NCBI GenBank assembly: GCA_012295275.1
Contig: CM022665.1
Span: 43,462,001 to 43,526,000 of the forward strand
Length of the DNA: 64,000 nt
DNA from: Chrysomallon squamiferum
Lineage: Eukaryota > Animalia > Mollusca
Direction: 5' to 3'
The position numbers were made by a program, and so were the translations under genes. Of the stretch, positions 26,561-44,543 are shown in pieces. Every line of letters begins with the position of its first letter. The first letter of the stretch is position 1. The notes under the pieces are model-generated. The model was not told the DNA's origin. It was given only the letters and a program-made list of their open reading frames with translations, and ran no database searches.

Positions 26561-26859
26561 AAATATATATAAAAATTTAAAATGTTATATCAGTTTGTAT
26601 AATCATAACATGTTTTTTTTTTAATGTTTTTGCTTACAGTGCATCCGTGAACAAACGATTCTTTCATGTATTTATTTATTTATTTTTATAAATTTGTTTA
26701 TATATATATAAATCAAATTTATTTCAAAATATTTTGCCAAAGTTTATCTGCATTTAATATTTTAACAGTCTGATGAGAGATCCTTAATTCATGTGACTAG
26801 CAAATCTAATTTTACAAAGATTTGCTGTTAAAATAAATACCTTAAAGACATCTTTATTT

Positions 26860-26979
26860 TAATAATGATAATGATGATGATGATGACGATGGTGATGAAG
26901 ATGATAAAATAATGAAGATGATAATAATGATAACAACAGAATAATAACAACAATAATAATAATAACAATAATCATAAAA

Positions 26980-27019
<40 letters not shown>

Positions 27020-27027
27020 CAGTAATA

Positions 27028-27067
<40 letters not shown>

Positions 27068-27290
27068 CAGTAATAATAATAATAATATAATAATGATAAT
27101 GATAATGATAATAGTAATAATAAAAGAGTAACAATAATAAAATAATACATAAATAAATAAATAAGAATAAGAATAATAATCATAATTATAATTTTAATCA
27201 TAATGATGATGATGATGATGACAATATTAAAATAATAATAGTTACATTAATAATGAAAACAACAACAACAACAACAACAGTAATAAATAA
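26860..27290. repeat. (AAT/GAT/AAC)n trinucleotide region
   Basis: Seen directly. Confidence 0.9.
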
Positions 27291-27504
27291 ATAACTAACA
27301 GCCCCTCCATTAGAAACTCAAACATTAATCTTATGTGAAGTAAACATTATATTAAAAACATTTACCCAAGTGGAAACTTTTGATATCTCTGAAAGACACA
27401 CAACTAACATTTCCATAACCTAAACACAGAAAGTAACTCACATCTTTGATTAGAACTTCAAACAGAGTTATCTCCTCTTGTCTGTTAATTCACAGTCTCA
27501 CATT

Positions 27505-28091
27505 TACACACATAAATATACGTAGATATAAACATACTCATACATACACTCATACATACATACACTCATACATACACTCATACATACATACATACACACA
27601 CACACACATACATACATACATACATACACTCATACATACATACATACATACACTCATACATACATACACTCATACATACATACATATATACATACATACA
27701 TACACTCATACAAACATACATACATACACATACATACATACATACATACACTTATACATACATACATACATACACTCATACATACATACACTAATACATA
27801 CATACATACATATATACATACATACATACACTCATACAAACATACATGCATACATACATACACACATACACACACACATACATATATATACACATACACA
27901 TAAAAAATATATATATATAGATACATATACACGTACACACACACATATATGTATATATATATGTACACACACACACATATACCATCCACAAGAATATATA
28001 TATATATACACATACACAGAAATATATATGCATACACACACACACACATGTATACTAGTATGTACATGTAACTATATATTAATATACACAT

Positions 28092-28140
<49 letters not shown>

Positions 28141-28160
28141 AATATATGTATGTTTGTACA
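27505..28160. repeat. (CATA)/(CA)/(TA) compound microsatellite
   Basis: Seen directly. Confidence 0.95.
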
Positions 28161-29191
28161 TGAAATGCTTTGAAGTTGTAAATTTGTGGTATCGCATGGC
28201 AAAGGTGTTGGCCACATTTTCTCTCCCGATGTGTAAAAACATGGAGAGAAAACAGGGAGGCATTGATTAAACAAACTTAAGACAAACTGTGTGAGTGTGA
28301 GTGTGAGTGTGAGTGTGAGTCTCTCTCTGAGTCTTTTCATCTGGGCTGGGAGACCCAGGGGGCAGGAGAACACACACAAAAAAAAAAAAAAAAAACTCTT
28401 TGACTGTGGAATCTTGTTAACTTATGAAATTAGAAACCAGTAGCTTGTCTGTGTTTTTTTCTCTCTCTTTTCCTCGTTTTTAATTGTGGGAAGGAGAAAG
28501 TGGAAGGATTGAGTTCTGTAGTAATGTGTTAGAGTTAGGAGGGGTGTGTGTGTGGGTGTGTGTGGGTGGGTGTGTCTGTTGACTTGGGTGGTGCGAATGT
28601 GTTGTTGTTGGGTGGTATGTCTGTGTGGTAATAATGATGTTGTGTTTTGTGTGTGTGTGTTTTGTTTTTTTTTTTTAGATTTTTTTATGTATGTAAATAT
28701 GTGTTATGAATGTTTTATGTATCTAAATATGTGTTATGTATGATGTCTGTATTTGTATATATCGTGTTTGAGTGTATGAATGTGTGTATGTAGGTGTGTG
28801 TGTGTATGTATTTGTATATGTATCTGTGTGAATGTATGAATGTGTGTACATAGGTGTGTATGTTATGTATATTAATATACATGTGCATAAGTGTGTGTTA
28901 GTGTGTGTATATGACTGAATGTATGTCTATGTTTATATATGTCTATATAATTGATATGTATTTGCATAACTGAAGTAAATATACGTATTATATACTATAT
29001 ATATATGTGTTTGTGTTCATGTATGTATTTATACATACACACATATATTTTTATATATATATATATACACACACACAGACATACATATATACATACACAC
29101 ATACATACATACATACATACATACATACAAATATATATATATATATATATAAAAGCATGTGTATGTATGTATATATGAATGTATGTATATG

Positions 29192-29237
<46 letters not shown>

Positions 29238-29572
29238 ACACAGAGATACACAGTTTATACATACAAGTACGTATACATTCATGTAATGCACAGATGATGT
29301 TACCTATCAGACGGTTATCACTGATAATTACACACACGTCAATGAAGAAATTATTTCCAGAGTTTAAGAAAATTGCTTCTGACTGACTGCGAACATACAA
29401 GCTGAGATAAGCTGAGGTACACTCACATAAACTGAAGGATGGATGTGTTTAATTCGAGAAGTAAATAAACACAAAACACTGGATGATTTCAAAAGTAAGA
29501 CACAGATAACCCTGATCTATAATTACCTGCGATATGTCAGTTCTGTGTATAGGTATTCCAAACATCTCTCTT

Positions 29573-29607
<35 letters not shown>

Positions 29608-29781
29608 AAAAATTATGAAAAATGAAACAGTAAAAATGTTCCTGTTTTTTAATTAAATATATTTTATAATTTAGGATTATGATTAGTTTTTTGGTATTAT
29701 TATTATTATTCATTTATTTATTTATTTATTTAATTATTTATTTATTATTATTGTTGTTTTATTTAATTGTTTTGTTTTATT

Positions 29782-29826
<45 letters not shown>

Positions 29827-30529
29827 ACTGTTATTATTATTGTTATTATTATTTTTTTAATTTTATTAATTTATTTATTTATTTATTTATTTTATTGATA
29901 TTTTAAATATCTTGGAATATTACTGAAGGATATGAAAAATATAATAATAATAGATATGATGGTGGTAGTAATATATTAATAAAAAAAGAGGAAAAAATCC
30001 ATTTCATTGATATATTTTCTTCAAGTGATAAAAAAAAAAAAAAAAAATGGAATGAAATAAATAAATGAAATAGAAATATCTCATTAATCAAAAATAAAAA
30101 TTACCAAAATATTCACATCCATCAAAGTAAATTAGAAAAAAAAAAAAAAAAAAAAAAAAATGAAAGATGTATAAATCAAGATAAGTATTTTGTTATCAGT
30201 CTTGTTTTTCAAATACTAATAGGATAAATAAACAAATATATAAATAAATGAAAGAGCAAATTAATATAAAAATAGATAAATGAAATCTAATAATTATTAA
30301 AAAAAATAATAATAAAATAAAGAAAAGAATTTGTTGATGTTAGGATAGAATTTTATTAGCTATATTATGCTAAAGATTTTTCAAGTGTAGAGTAAAAAAA
30401 AAAACAATTTAACTCACTAAATAAATAATTTAAAGGTTGTTTTTAAAAAAAAAAAGGAAAGAAAGATAATACCTGAAAGAAAAATAGCATGAAGCCAGTT
30501 TATTGAAGTTTCTGATATATACAGTTACA

Positions 30530-31082
<553 letters not shown>

Positions 31083-31644
31083 ATGATACTAACAGATATG
31101 CACCAGCCAACAAAATAAAGACTGTGAGTATCTTTCTAAACTGGGAGAATGAAAGATTGGGCAAATCCCACAGCTAAATCAGCCGAATTATCTTCAGTTT
31201 ATCATGTCTACTCTCTTTCAAGCTATTAAATAAACATACAGAGTTTAACAGGGTTTTCTTGTCTTAATGCGATATCAATTAGTTATTTCTTTGATTCTGA
31301 TAGCACCTTGGAAAACTGCCACTTATTTGTTTTAAACAGTATTTATTTCTGTTTGTATTTACAGATGACATTTGTCAATAGGCTTAGCCTACATATATAT
31401 ATATTTATATGTATGTATATGTGTGTGTGTGAGTGTTTGTAAAGATACAGATATAGATAGATATGTATGTATATGTCTGTGTGTGTGTGTATGTGTGTGT
31501 GTGTGTGTATACATAGAATGATTGGTCTTTGTATTTAGAAAATTAAAATTTGAATTCAATATTCAGAAAGAGATGTGTTTGACATCATAACAGGATCTTT
31601 ATTTTTCAATGTTATTATTCACTGAAGCCAGAATTTTCACTTTT

Positions 31645-31852
31645 TAAATTATTGTCAAACTTTATTGTTAGGAAACGTTCATCCATGATAACCAATAAAA
31701 CAATGTAACTTGGCTGATATAAAATATTATTGAGGCTACCTTAACAAGAACTTTTTAAAATTGTCAAAATTGTTAGAAAGGTTCATCTGCAATAACCAAT
31801 AAAACAATGTAATTTTGATATAAAATATTAGAAGACTATGCAGTAACAAGAA
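31645..31852. repeat. Diverged tandem duplication, 2 x ~105 bp
   Basis: ATTGTTAG..GTTCATC...ATAACCAATAAAACAATGTAA...TGATATAAAATATTA...TAACAAGAAC occurs twice. Confidence 0.8.
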
Positions 31853-32076
31853 CAGTTAAATACAAAGTGGTGTAGAAATTACTGCTATTTCTCTTCAACA
31901 GGATCTCTTACAAACTGTAGAATTAAGTAATTCAGAGAAAGATATATGTTTAAATAGACTCCTATGTCTTCAACACGTTCCAGTTGTTTGTTAACTTCTT
32001 CAAATAAAGATATATGTTTAAATGTGTATGTATGTATGTATGTGTGTGTGTGTTTGTATGGGTTTGTATGTTTGTT

Positions 32077-32119
<43 letters not shown>

Positions 32120-32481
32120 CTCTGTGTGTGTGTGTGTGTATGTGTGTCTGTGTTTGTGTGTGTGTGTATGTGTGTGTGGTTGTGTGTGTGTGTGTGTGTG
32201 TGCATGTGTGTGTGTGTGGTATGTGTGTGTGTGTGTGTGTGTGCTGTGTGTGTGTGTGTGTGTATATGATTGTATCTGAGTGTGTATGCATCTAAGCATG
32301 TTTGTATGTATGTATGTATGAATGTACATGACATTGTGTGTGTGTTTGCAAATAATGTCTATCTATATATGTATTTTTTTTTATGTGTATATGGGTGTGT
32401 TTCTGGGTGTTTTTTTTTTTAAGCTAACATAATCATTTCCAAACTTCAGAAGATTGTAATAATACAAAAACAGAAATACGT

Positions 32482-33425
32482 CCATATCTACTCTTCTCCA
32501 TATCTACTCTTCTCCACATCTACTCCTATCCATGTCTACTGTTCTCCATGTCTACTGTTCTCCATATCTACTCTTCTCCACATCTACTCTTCTCCATATT
32601 TACTCTTCTCCATATCTACTCTTCTCCACATATCTACTCTTCTCCACATCTACTCTTCTCCACATCTACTCTTCTCCACATCTACTCTTCTCCACATCTA
32701 CACATCTCAACACCCAGTCTTCTCCACATCTACTCTTCTCCAGATCTACTCTGCTCCACACATCTACTCTTCTCCACATATCTACTCTTCTCCACACATC
32801 TACTCTTCTCCACATATCTACTCTTCTCCACATATCTCTGCTCTTCTCCACATACATCTACTCTTCTCCACATATCTACTCTTTTCCACACATCTACTTC
32901 TCCACATATCTACTCTTCTCCACATATCTACTCTTCTCCACATATCTCTGCTCTTCTCCACATACATCTACTCTTCTCCAGATCTACTCTGCTCCACACA
33001 TCTACTCTTCTCCACACATCTACTCTTCTCCACACATCTACTCTTCTCCACATATCTACTCTTCTCCACATACATCTACTCTTCTCCACATATCTACTCT
33101 TCTCCACATATCTCCTCTTCTCCACAGATCTGCTCTTCTCCACATATCTACTCTTCTCCACATATCTACTCTTCTCCACACATCTACTCTTCTCCCACAC
33201 ATCTACTCTTTCTCCACATCTACTCTTCTCCACACATCTACTCTTCTCCACACATCTACTCTTCTCCACACATCTGCTCTTCTCCACACATCTACTCTTC
33301 TCCACACATCTACTCTTCTCCACATATCTACTCTTCTCCACACATCTACTCTTCTCCACACATCTGCTCTTCTCCACACATCTACTCTTCTCCACATATC
33401 TGCTCTTCTCCATATCTCTTCTCCC
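32482..33425. repeat. Minisatellite, 16-22 bp unit CATCTACTCTTCTCCA(CA/TA), roughly 50 copies
   Basis: Seen directly; explains the STLLH/VEKSR repeat ORFs. Confidence 0.95.
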
Positions 33426-34299
33426 ATTGACCCACATTAGCTTCTTCATGCAGGTGTAAAATTATTAATACGACATTCCTTAATTATCTGACTCTGTTTA
33501 CCAGGTAAAGCAGCCGACTTGTTTGTTTTACTGCCCTTGAATTCATTTATCACCTATTTTTAGCTCAAATGAACACAGCTTATAACGTTTTAATTGCCGA
33601 ATGCTTGTGGTGGCATGCTACATAGTAATTTGTTATGATTATGTTAGATTTTCGGTTTTCCTAATATATATTTTTTTTCACACTGATAAAAGGTTTTGTC
33701 TTTGAAGTTAATATTTTATTTCTTCTTCTGTGTCTTCTTTCCTTCTTTGTCTCTTGTTATTATTCTTATCATCATCATTGTTATTATTATTATCATTATC
33801 ATTGTTGTTGTTGTTGGGAAAGTAAAGTTCAAATCAGTGATTAGATAAAAATTGAAAACAAGACGTTTAGAGAAATTTCTTTTATTAGAGTTATCTCCCT
33901 TCAACCACCAAGTCAAACTCCAACACATTTTAGATTTTCTTTTATCATCTGGTAGAATGATTCACATTTTCTTTTATCAGTATAAATGCTTTAAGAACTT
34001 GCAGCTTGATTAAGTACATTTAAAAATATATATATATATTATTATTTCTTTTTTGGTAGATTAAAAGAATTTTTGTGATATATTTTCACTGTTCTACAGT
34101 TTGTGGGTTCAAAGAACACTTGCAATTTATATTCAGCACTCTACAGTTTTTATATTAAACAGATTATTAATATATTTTTTAAAATTATTTTTTGTATTTT
34201 GGCTGTCTGTATTTGTGACTGTTTATGTATGTAAGTATGAGTGTACTGCATCTGTATGTTAGTGCAAATATGAGTTTGTGTATGCATATGTGAGAAATA

Positions 34300-34402
<103 letters not shown>

Positions 34403-35289
34403 GTGTATGTGTTTTTAATTTTGTGATATGTTTCTGTCTATCTTTTCTGTTTGTATCTGGGTCTTTTTTCCTCTGTCTGCATGTGTATGTGTTTTTTTGT
34501 CTATCTGCACTATTGTATGTGATTGTGTGTGTGTGTGTGTGTGTCTGTCTGTCTGCATGATTGTATATGTTTTAGAGTGTGTGTACGTACATGTGTGTGA
34601 TTGTGTGTATAGATGGATTTGTATGTATATATGTGTATATGTCTATTTTTATATGAAATATTTGCACCAGCTGAAATGTGTCAAACTAGATAAATTTTCT
34701 TTGTGATGATCTATATATATATATTAAGTAACCAGATAGTCATCAATTTTACAGTGTATGACATATCATAAAAAAAATTAAATTTAAAAAAAATAAAAAT
34801 GCAAACAAACTATGAGATAAATCATAAATTAATCAGCTCATATCAGATATCATTAAAACTAAAAATTCTTAAAAATCATTTGTATTTAATTTAAAGAGAG
34901 CATCAGCAACAAATCATTAAATCAAAATATTTTCGTTTCTTACCTGAGATAGTAAAACACCTGAGCTATTTTCTTACCTTAAAACAACAGTTACCTGGAC
35001 AGGTGTGAATTAATTAAATTGAATTATGGCTTCTGTTGCAGTTTTTATTAGCAGCTCTAAATTTTAATGTTGCCCAGTTTTCTTTTGTATGGAAAATAAT
35101 GGCTGGATTTAGGATTTGTTTTTGCACCTCATAAAAATACTACAAAGCTGATTTATTAAAATTGAAATATTCTTTTGATGATGCGAGTTTTGTTATCAAT
35201 TTAAAAAAATGTAAAATTTGAAAACTATAATTAAAATTTTTAAAAATGAGAAAATGGAAAACTATTTTAAAAAATGTAAAATTAAAAAT

Positions 35290-35605
35290 AAATTAAAAAT
35301 AAACAAAGCAATCAAACAACTAAATAAATAATTAAACAAACAAATACATAAATAAACAAACAAATAGATAAATAAATAAATAAATTAAAAATAAATAAAT
35401 AAATAAATGAACAAATAAATAAACAAACATATACATAAATAAATGAACAAGTAAATAAACAAACATATATATAAATAAGTCAATAAACAAACAAATACAT
35501 AAATAAATAAATAAAAAAAAAGCAAACAAACAAACAAATAAATAAACAAATACTTAAATAAATAAATAAACAAACGAACAAACAAACAAGTAAAAACAAA
35601 CACAA
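35290..35605. repeat. (AAAT)/(AAAC)n repeat
   Basis: Seen directly. Confidence 0.9.
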
Positions 35606-35962
35606 TAATTCCTTTTCATTTGATCAAAAAATCCCAGTTACACTACCAAACCGAATAACAACAACAACAATCCAAAAATTTAAAAAAAAAAAAAAAAAAA
35701 TGCCACCAAAAACCCCAAACACACCACAGGTATCGTCTCCCCCCCAGTTTCACCTGGCATCCCCCCACCGCCAAGCAGCACGTATATGACATTGACCGCC
35801 AGGTGTCGCTAGTGGTGGGACATGGGGACATGCTGATGGTAAACACTCGTTTCCTGTTAACATGTGCAAGGAGATGATCTGGCTGCGAATCCTTCACGTC
35901 TGTTTGGGCTTGCAGCTAATTTCTGAGGAGAATTTGTCAACAGTGTTTTTTTTTATCTCTGC

Positions 35963-36690
<728 letters not shown>

Positions 36691-36985
36691 TGTCATCTGG
36701 TTGAAGTAGGAAATTCAGTGTTTTATCTTTTAATACATACTGCACACGTGTATGTGTGTGTGTTTTTGTGTATGCAAATATAGTGATGTCATGTTAGAAC
36801 AGAGGTTTGTGTGTATACAAGTATGTTGATATCTGTGGATTTTTTACTTTCTTCATGCCATATTTGTTTAACATTTGCCCTTTTTAAACTTTCTTTCAGC
36901 AGTTTTTATTATTATATAAAATTTAAATAGGAAAAATTGTTTATTTTAATTTTAAAATAAATTATATTATATGAAATATATTTTA

Positions 36986-37027
<42 letters not shown>

Positions 37028-38248
37028 GTATTTTAGAATTGAAGTAAACAAATTCTTTTTTTCAATTTGCTTTAATTTTACATTTATTTCTGATTTTAAA
37101 TCTTTCATCAGAGGTAAACAAGGATGTAAAAAAACCCAGTAAACAATAAAAAAAAAAAAAAACTGATGCGACCAGCTACACCTGGCAGGTGTAAAATTTC
37201 AGGTAAATTCATAAAACTGGGGTCGTTACCTCAAGACACATAAACACTGTTATTACCTGTACCAAATACCTTCTGATTCATACCTTGTTTTTCACCTGCC
37301 TGCATTTTTACCTTGACTAAAATAAAGAAAAAAAAAAAAAAAAAAAAAAAAAAATAAAACAATAAAGAATAATCTTTGACCAACGTGTCTTGTGGTTTAC
37401 CCCCTTGGAAGTGAAATCAACCTATCAGACATCAGCAGTCCGCTCTTCTTGTGCAATATAAATAAACCACGTCACCGACGACGATGATGTTGGTTTTGTT
37501 GTGTTTTTTTTGTTTCCTTTCAACATCGTCGTCATCCTTGCGTCTCACCTGCCGAATCTCCTCCCCCCTCCCCCCTTTCATGACCCGAAGTCTCTTTATT
37601 TATTTTTTTTTATTTTTTATTTTTTTCTCCCCTCTCCAGTTCGTGACTGATGTTGTTTAAAAATATCTTGTTGACAAAGAATGATGCGGTCAAAAAAAAA
37701 TAATAATAATAAATAAAAAAATTTAAAAAATAAAAAATAAAAAATAAAAAATAAATAAAAGATTTTAAAGCTTTTTTCTGGGGGTATAGATTATAAAAGA
37801 TTTGGCTGGAAAGGGGTATCTGATGTATATATGTATATATATAGACTGATCAAGTGAAGATAAAGTTTCTGTTGATACAGTAGCAACAGGGAAGGAAGTT
37901 TAACCTTTTTTTTTAACAACAAACAACAAAACAAAAAATAAAAAGAGTTTTTAAAAATTGTAAAGAGAGATCAGGAACAAGGTGATGACTAGTCAAATGA
38001 TAAGATATTTTTGTTTTTTTGCTAGGAAAAACGTTTTGTCATTAAATTGTTAGAAATTCTGAGCGTAATGGAGAAGGTAACTCAGATGTTTTGACAAGAA
38101 TGTTGCTTTATTTGTGCATTTTGTGTGGTTTTTGTAAAGTTTTAGAAACAAATTTGGATTGGTTTACAGGTTCAAGAGTTGTGATTGATTCAGATAACCT
38201 TGTTTCTATTTATTTATTTATTTATTTCCTTTTATATATATACATATA

Positions 38249-38287
<39 letters not shown>

Positions 38288-38618
38288 TTATTTATATATG
38301 TACATAAAAGGAAATATATATACACATATACACACACAGCAACACATACATACACACATGCATTCAAACACACACACACATTCTCTCTCAAATATATACA
38401 TATACAGATTACAGACATAAACAAACACAAATAACAGTTTCAAAGTATAAAACAAGAAGGCAGTACACTGACATCTGAAAAGAAACAAAAATATTTATTT
38501 TTCTCTCTTATTTAATTAATTCATCTTGAGGTAAACAAGTCGAAAAGTGACAACTGGAAATCAGAAATTACTTTGTTTTCTTTTTCAGATTAAGGTTTGG
38601 CTGTATTTATATTATTTG

Positions 38619-38650
<32 letters not shown>

Positions 38651-38686
38651 ATATGTGCGTGGGTATATATATATATATATAAAACA

Positions 38687-38727
<41 letters not shown>

Positions 38728-40277
38728 TGTGTCTGTATGTATAATGATTAATTCATGATGCATTATTCATGAATTCGTCCATCCCACAAAGCTATGTATT
38801 TATGCATTGTACGTCTTTATGCGAGAGCCGCACAAAGGAATTGATGAAGATCAGTGGAGTAGAAAACGTTACATTGTGTTCACCGTTTTTACCTGCTGAT
38901 ATTTAAATTGATGGTTTCCAGTGCCGACTTCAGTTTTTCTTTTCTTTTTTTCTTTTCTTTTCTTTTTTTTTATTACGACGTTAACAGTTTCCATTCATGT
39001 GTTAAGTTATGCCCACTCTATAAAAAATCTATTCAGCCATTTTGAATACTACGGGTTTTCGGATACTACCATCCTTAAAACTAGTTATGAATAATAAACT
39101 TTCGAGAGAAGACGCATGCTGGTAGGAAAATTGTAATGTGAAAAAAATATAAAAAATATAAAAATATTTTTTAATATCCGTTTGAAAACAAGCTCAGCGT
39201 GTTAGTAATTATGACGCATGAAAATTCTCACTATGTAAAACCATATTATTAACTTACCTATATAATTCAGAATTATTTCTATTTATTAAGAAAACCCTGC
39301 AGTGAAAATTGCTGATGATGGACACTAAAAGATGTTAGTAAAAGGAAGCATTAATCCTTTCTTTTTTTTTCTCCCTTTCTTAAAGAAGAGGCTGAAAGGG
39401 GAGATAATAATTCGTTTTTTATGAAACTAGTATTTACTGTCATTTGTCGTTGTGGTTTTCCTTTTTTTTATTATTCCTCTTCTTCTTTTTCTGTGTGTTC
39501 TGCTTCTTTTTATACTGATGTTGTAGTAGTGGTTGTTATTATTAATATCATCACATTATCATGATCATCATAATTATCATTATTATGATTACATTCAAGC
39601 CAGAAAATGCAGAAAACCGTGACATTATTATGTTGTTTTTCAAAATCATTTTAACTTTTAGGAAAGTAGTATTTTTCAGATTTTCATTAAAACAATTCAA
39701 ACATTCACTAACATTTAAAGATAATACTAATAAATAATACAGACAGTCAATCACTTAAAAATTATGAGATAAAAAAAAAAAAAAAAATATATTTTCTTAT
39801 TTTTCTTCTTAATATAAATTTAAATACAGCTGATAATAGATTTTATGTAAACAAACCATTTAATAAATAATTGAAATAACTACAGGGAAATAGAGTTTCT
39901 AATTTCACTTGAATTCTATTTTTTCTTTTTTTGTCTTGTTTTTATTTTTTTTATTTTTCATAAAGGTTTGATATTCCAATCTCACCTTTATCATGGAGCC
40001 GTTTTTCAACTACCCCACCATTAAAAGTTAACAGTTTACTCAATGCTTGATTGGTTTTATGGTTATGTGCCCACTTGTGAACTCTCTGGAACAGCAAACC
40101 CTGTTGTGGCTGTTTGACAACACCAGATTGACAACGGAGATTTTAAAGAAACTGTTCTATTTATCCCAATCCGACCGAATTCATCCAGCGTACGTAGTGG
40201 TCCTTTTTTTTTTTTTTTTTTGTTAGAAAATAAATCTTTTAGATTAGATGGGATTGTGAAATGAGTCAGTTTTATAT

Positions 40278-40344
40278 ATGAGTCACATATATACACACAT
40301 ACATACATACATACATACCCACACACACACATACATACATACAC

Positions 40345-40379
<35 letters not shown>

Positions 40380-40515
40380 TACATACACACACATATACAT
40401 ACAGACACACACATACATACATGCATATGTACATACACACACACACACATACATACATATACACACACATACACACATATACACATACAAACATATATTC
40501 ACACATACACATATT
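40278..40515. repeat. (CA)/(CATA)n microsatellite
   Basis: Seen directly. Confidence 0.9.
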
Positions 40516-41658
40516 CAAAATTAAAAAATTAAAGTTGTTTTATTGGTATTAATGAACTTCATATTCAAACCTTCATAATTTTATTAAGAATTTATTTCTT
40601 TATTTAACAAAAAAAAAAATGTATTTATTTATTTATATTTTTTTAAATATTTACAAATTGTTCATCAGTTTGATTCATGAACAAAAGACAATTTTATTAG
40701 GTGTTTCAAATTAAACAGATTTTGCATCTGAAAAAAAAATATATATAAAATTTAAAAGACACACACACATATACGCATGTTAAATTAAAAGAAAAACAAA
40801 CACAAAACAGAAATAAGTACATAATAAAAACAAATCTAAAACATTTTTCATAGTCAACATTTCTCCTTCATTAGTTGTTCCAGACAACATCATCAGCATC
40901 AACAACCACACTACTACAACAACAACAACAACAACTCAACAATCTACGCAGTGTTTCATTCACTTTCCATATCCACCATTAAAAAAAAAACCCACAACAA
41001 CAACACAAAAAAAAATGTTTTAAACTTTTCAAACTCACCGTCAATGACATTTTCAACAACAAAAAAAAAAAAAAAAAAAAAAAAACCCCACAAAAACTTA
41101 AAATAAATATAAATTCAGAACAATTCATCTTCAAGCCTGTTAAACTCCAAAATGTCATCTCGCTTCGACACCAGATACACTTAGGCAAACAGTCTGCACA
41201 ATTATTTTGTCATGGACGGACAGTTTTAAGTCTTATTTAATTTCCTCCCTTTTTTTGGTAAGCTCCAGCTTTTTTTTTTTTTTTTTTTTTACAAAACAGC
41301 TGATCTTCTTCTCCTTCCCTTTCACAACGAGCGAGTTCTTGTCAAAAATAACTGTACACCTTGTCATTATGTTCGCGTGCAAATAAAGATTATTTATGTA
41401 CCTGTATTTGTCGTCCCGTTGTAAGCGTTTATTTGCAGACAAGGGTCATCTGAAGTCTGGCTGCGGGTTTTTTTTGGGCACAAATTGTAGACAGAAAGAA
41501 ACCACAGACAGCAGATACAATATTTGAACACTGGATTTGAATGGGAAGGATTTAGAATTTCCTCAGATAATCATCGCTATGGGATAAAGAAATATTAAAT
41601 ATATTTAAAAAGATTAAATATATACATATATACATACAAACATACATATCTATATCTA

Positions 41659-41691
<33 letters not shown>

Positions 41692-43016
41692 GTCTATATA
41701 TATATATATATAGACTACTTATGTCTGATTGCAATTAGAAAATGATGTATCATATTAATATTGATAAATATACACACACAAAAAGAAACCACACACACAC
41801 ATACACAGACATAGACCCACACAGACATATACACACGCGCACATACACATACACACAGACAGACAGACACACACAGATACATATACACACAGATGAAGAA
41901 AAAGAAGGAATGGATTTTTAATGTAATGAAAAACAGATTGGCTACTGGATGTCAGAAGACAGACAGACACACACACAGACACACATACACACAGATACAT
42001 ACCCACGTTTAATTAATTACCCATCTACCCACGCACACGCACACACACACATACACACACACACAAACATGTACATAATAGAGACATCCATACAAACACA
42101 CCTACATATATTCAAACACACACACACACAAATATTCATACATAATTACACACACACATCCACACACACATACAAACGTACACACACAAGTACATATATA
42201 TATATACAACTATTTTTCTGCGTGTAATTTAAGATCTAATAAAGAACTCTATTTCTGTTTGTACGTTGGGTATACTAACAAATACCCAGTTCTCTTTGTC
42301 GGCTTCTCTGAAACAGATTTTATTTTCTCAGCGAAGAGTCAATGCACCAGACAAACTCAATGACTAAAATGTGTTTTATGCTGATTGAAAGAATCAATGA
42401 CTGTTCATGTCTGGAACCATTCGAAGATGCAGCTCTGTTTGTAAAAAAAGCTCTCTGATGATGTGTACAGAATCACAGCCAAAAAAAAAAAAGAAAAAAA
42501 AAAGTCTCAATTGTGGTTCATTAGCTGACTTCATAAGGCTTTGGGAAAACAGAAGAAGAAGAAGAAGAATATGATTTCAAAAAAAAAAAAAGCTCTGAAA
42601 ATCATTAAAGAAAACCTCCCTGAGTTGTTAAGAAAACTTCAAAACGGCTCTGACACAAAAACGTGAAATTTGGTCCTCTGTTTGTAAGAAAGGGGTAAGG
42701 TTATTTATTACACAATTAGCTAAATCCAGGTATTCAGCTAACAATGGGTGGGTTTATTTTAATGTGTATTTTGCTTGTTGTTTTTTTTTTTTTTTTTTTT
42801 TAAAGAAGTTTGGAGATTAAATAAATAATTAAATGAAATTCAAAGAGTAAAAGAATAAGATGAAAAAAAAAATCATGTAAAGATAGTGTTGTAAAATAAA
42901 AAAATAAAAAGATAAATAAAAGGTTTAATCTCTTTCAGATGTGTTTTTCGCTCTAGATCGTATTTGTGTATCTATCAACTTTTCTCTACATCTTTTTCCT
43001 TCTCTCATAAAGTTTT

Positions 43017-43860
<844 letters not shown>

Positions 43861-44495
43861 CGCTAGAATTTCATAAGGAAAGGAAACATACTGGGAGCCT
43901 CCCACAAAGTGACTCTGTCTGTGTACCTGTGTGGTTAATGTCTACTTTTAGTGTTATGAGTCCAGTAACACTGAATACAAGACAGCATGTAGTATAATAA
44001 AACATACCCAACATGTAGATGTGGAATATCTAAATAATTACACTGCGTAGATATAACATCATATATTATTCTTGACGTTATACTGCGAGTTATCACCTTT
44101 TTTTCTTTCTTTCTTTTTTCTTTTTTTTCTTTTTAGAGTTAGAGAAGAATTATGGTGGGCATTATAAAGGAAAGTAAAAAAAAAAAAAAAGATAAAAAAA
44201 GTAATAATAATATATATAAAAAAAATGACAGTTAAATAAAAAAATGATGAAACAAATTTGATGTATTACACAATACATTTATTGAAGAAGTGTGGAAATT
44301 TTATTATTACGATAAAACTGAAAAGGAAAGAAAGAATTAATTATTTGGTGTTTTATTTATGAAGATATTGTATGAATAGACTAAATGTGTGTGTGTGTGC
44401 GTGTGCGTGTGTTTTCTTATGGTATCAAGACTTAAAAACGAAAGTATTAATGGATGGATGGATAGATGAATTAATGAATGAAACACCTAAACACA

Positions 44496-44543
<48 letters not shown>

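Noticed and set aside
33570-33580. miRNA 5'-end matches (TGAACACAGCT as in miR-317; TGAGATCAT at ~52424 as in bantam; TGAAAGACAT in the satellite as in miR-71)
   Set aside because: Matches cover only 9-11 nt, the 3' parts diverge, and no precursor hairpin is present.
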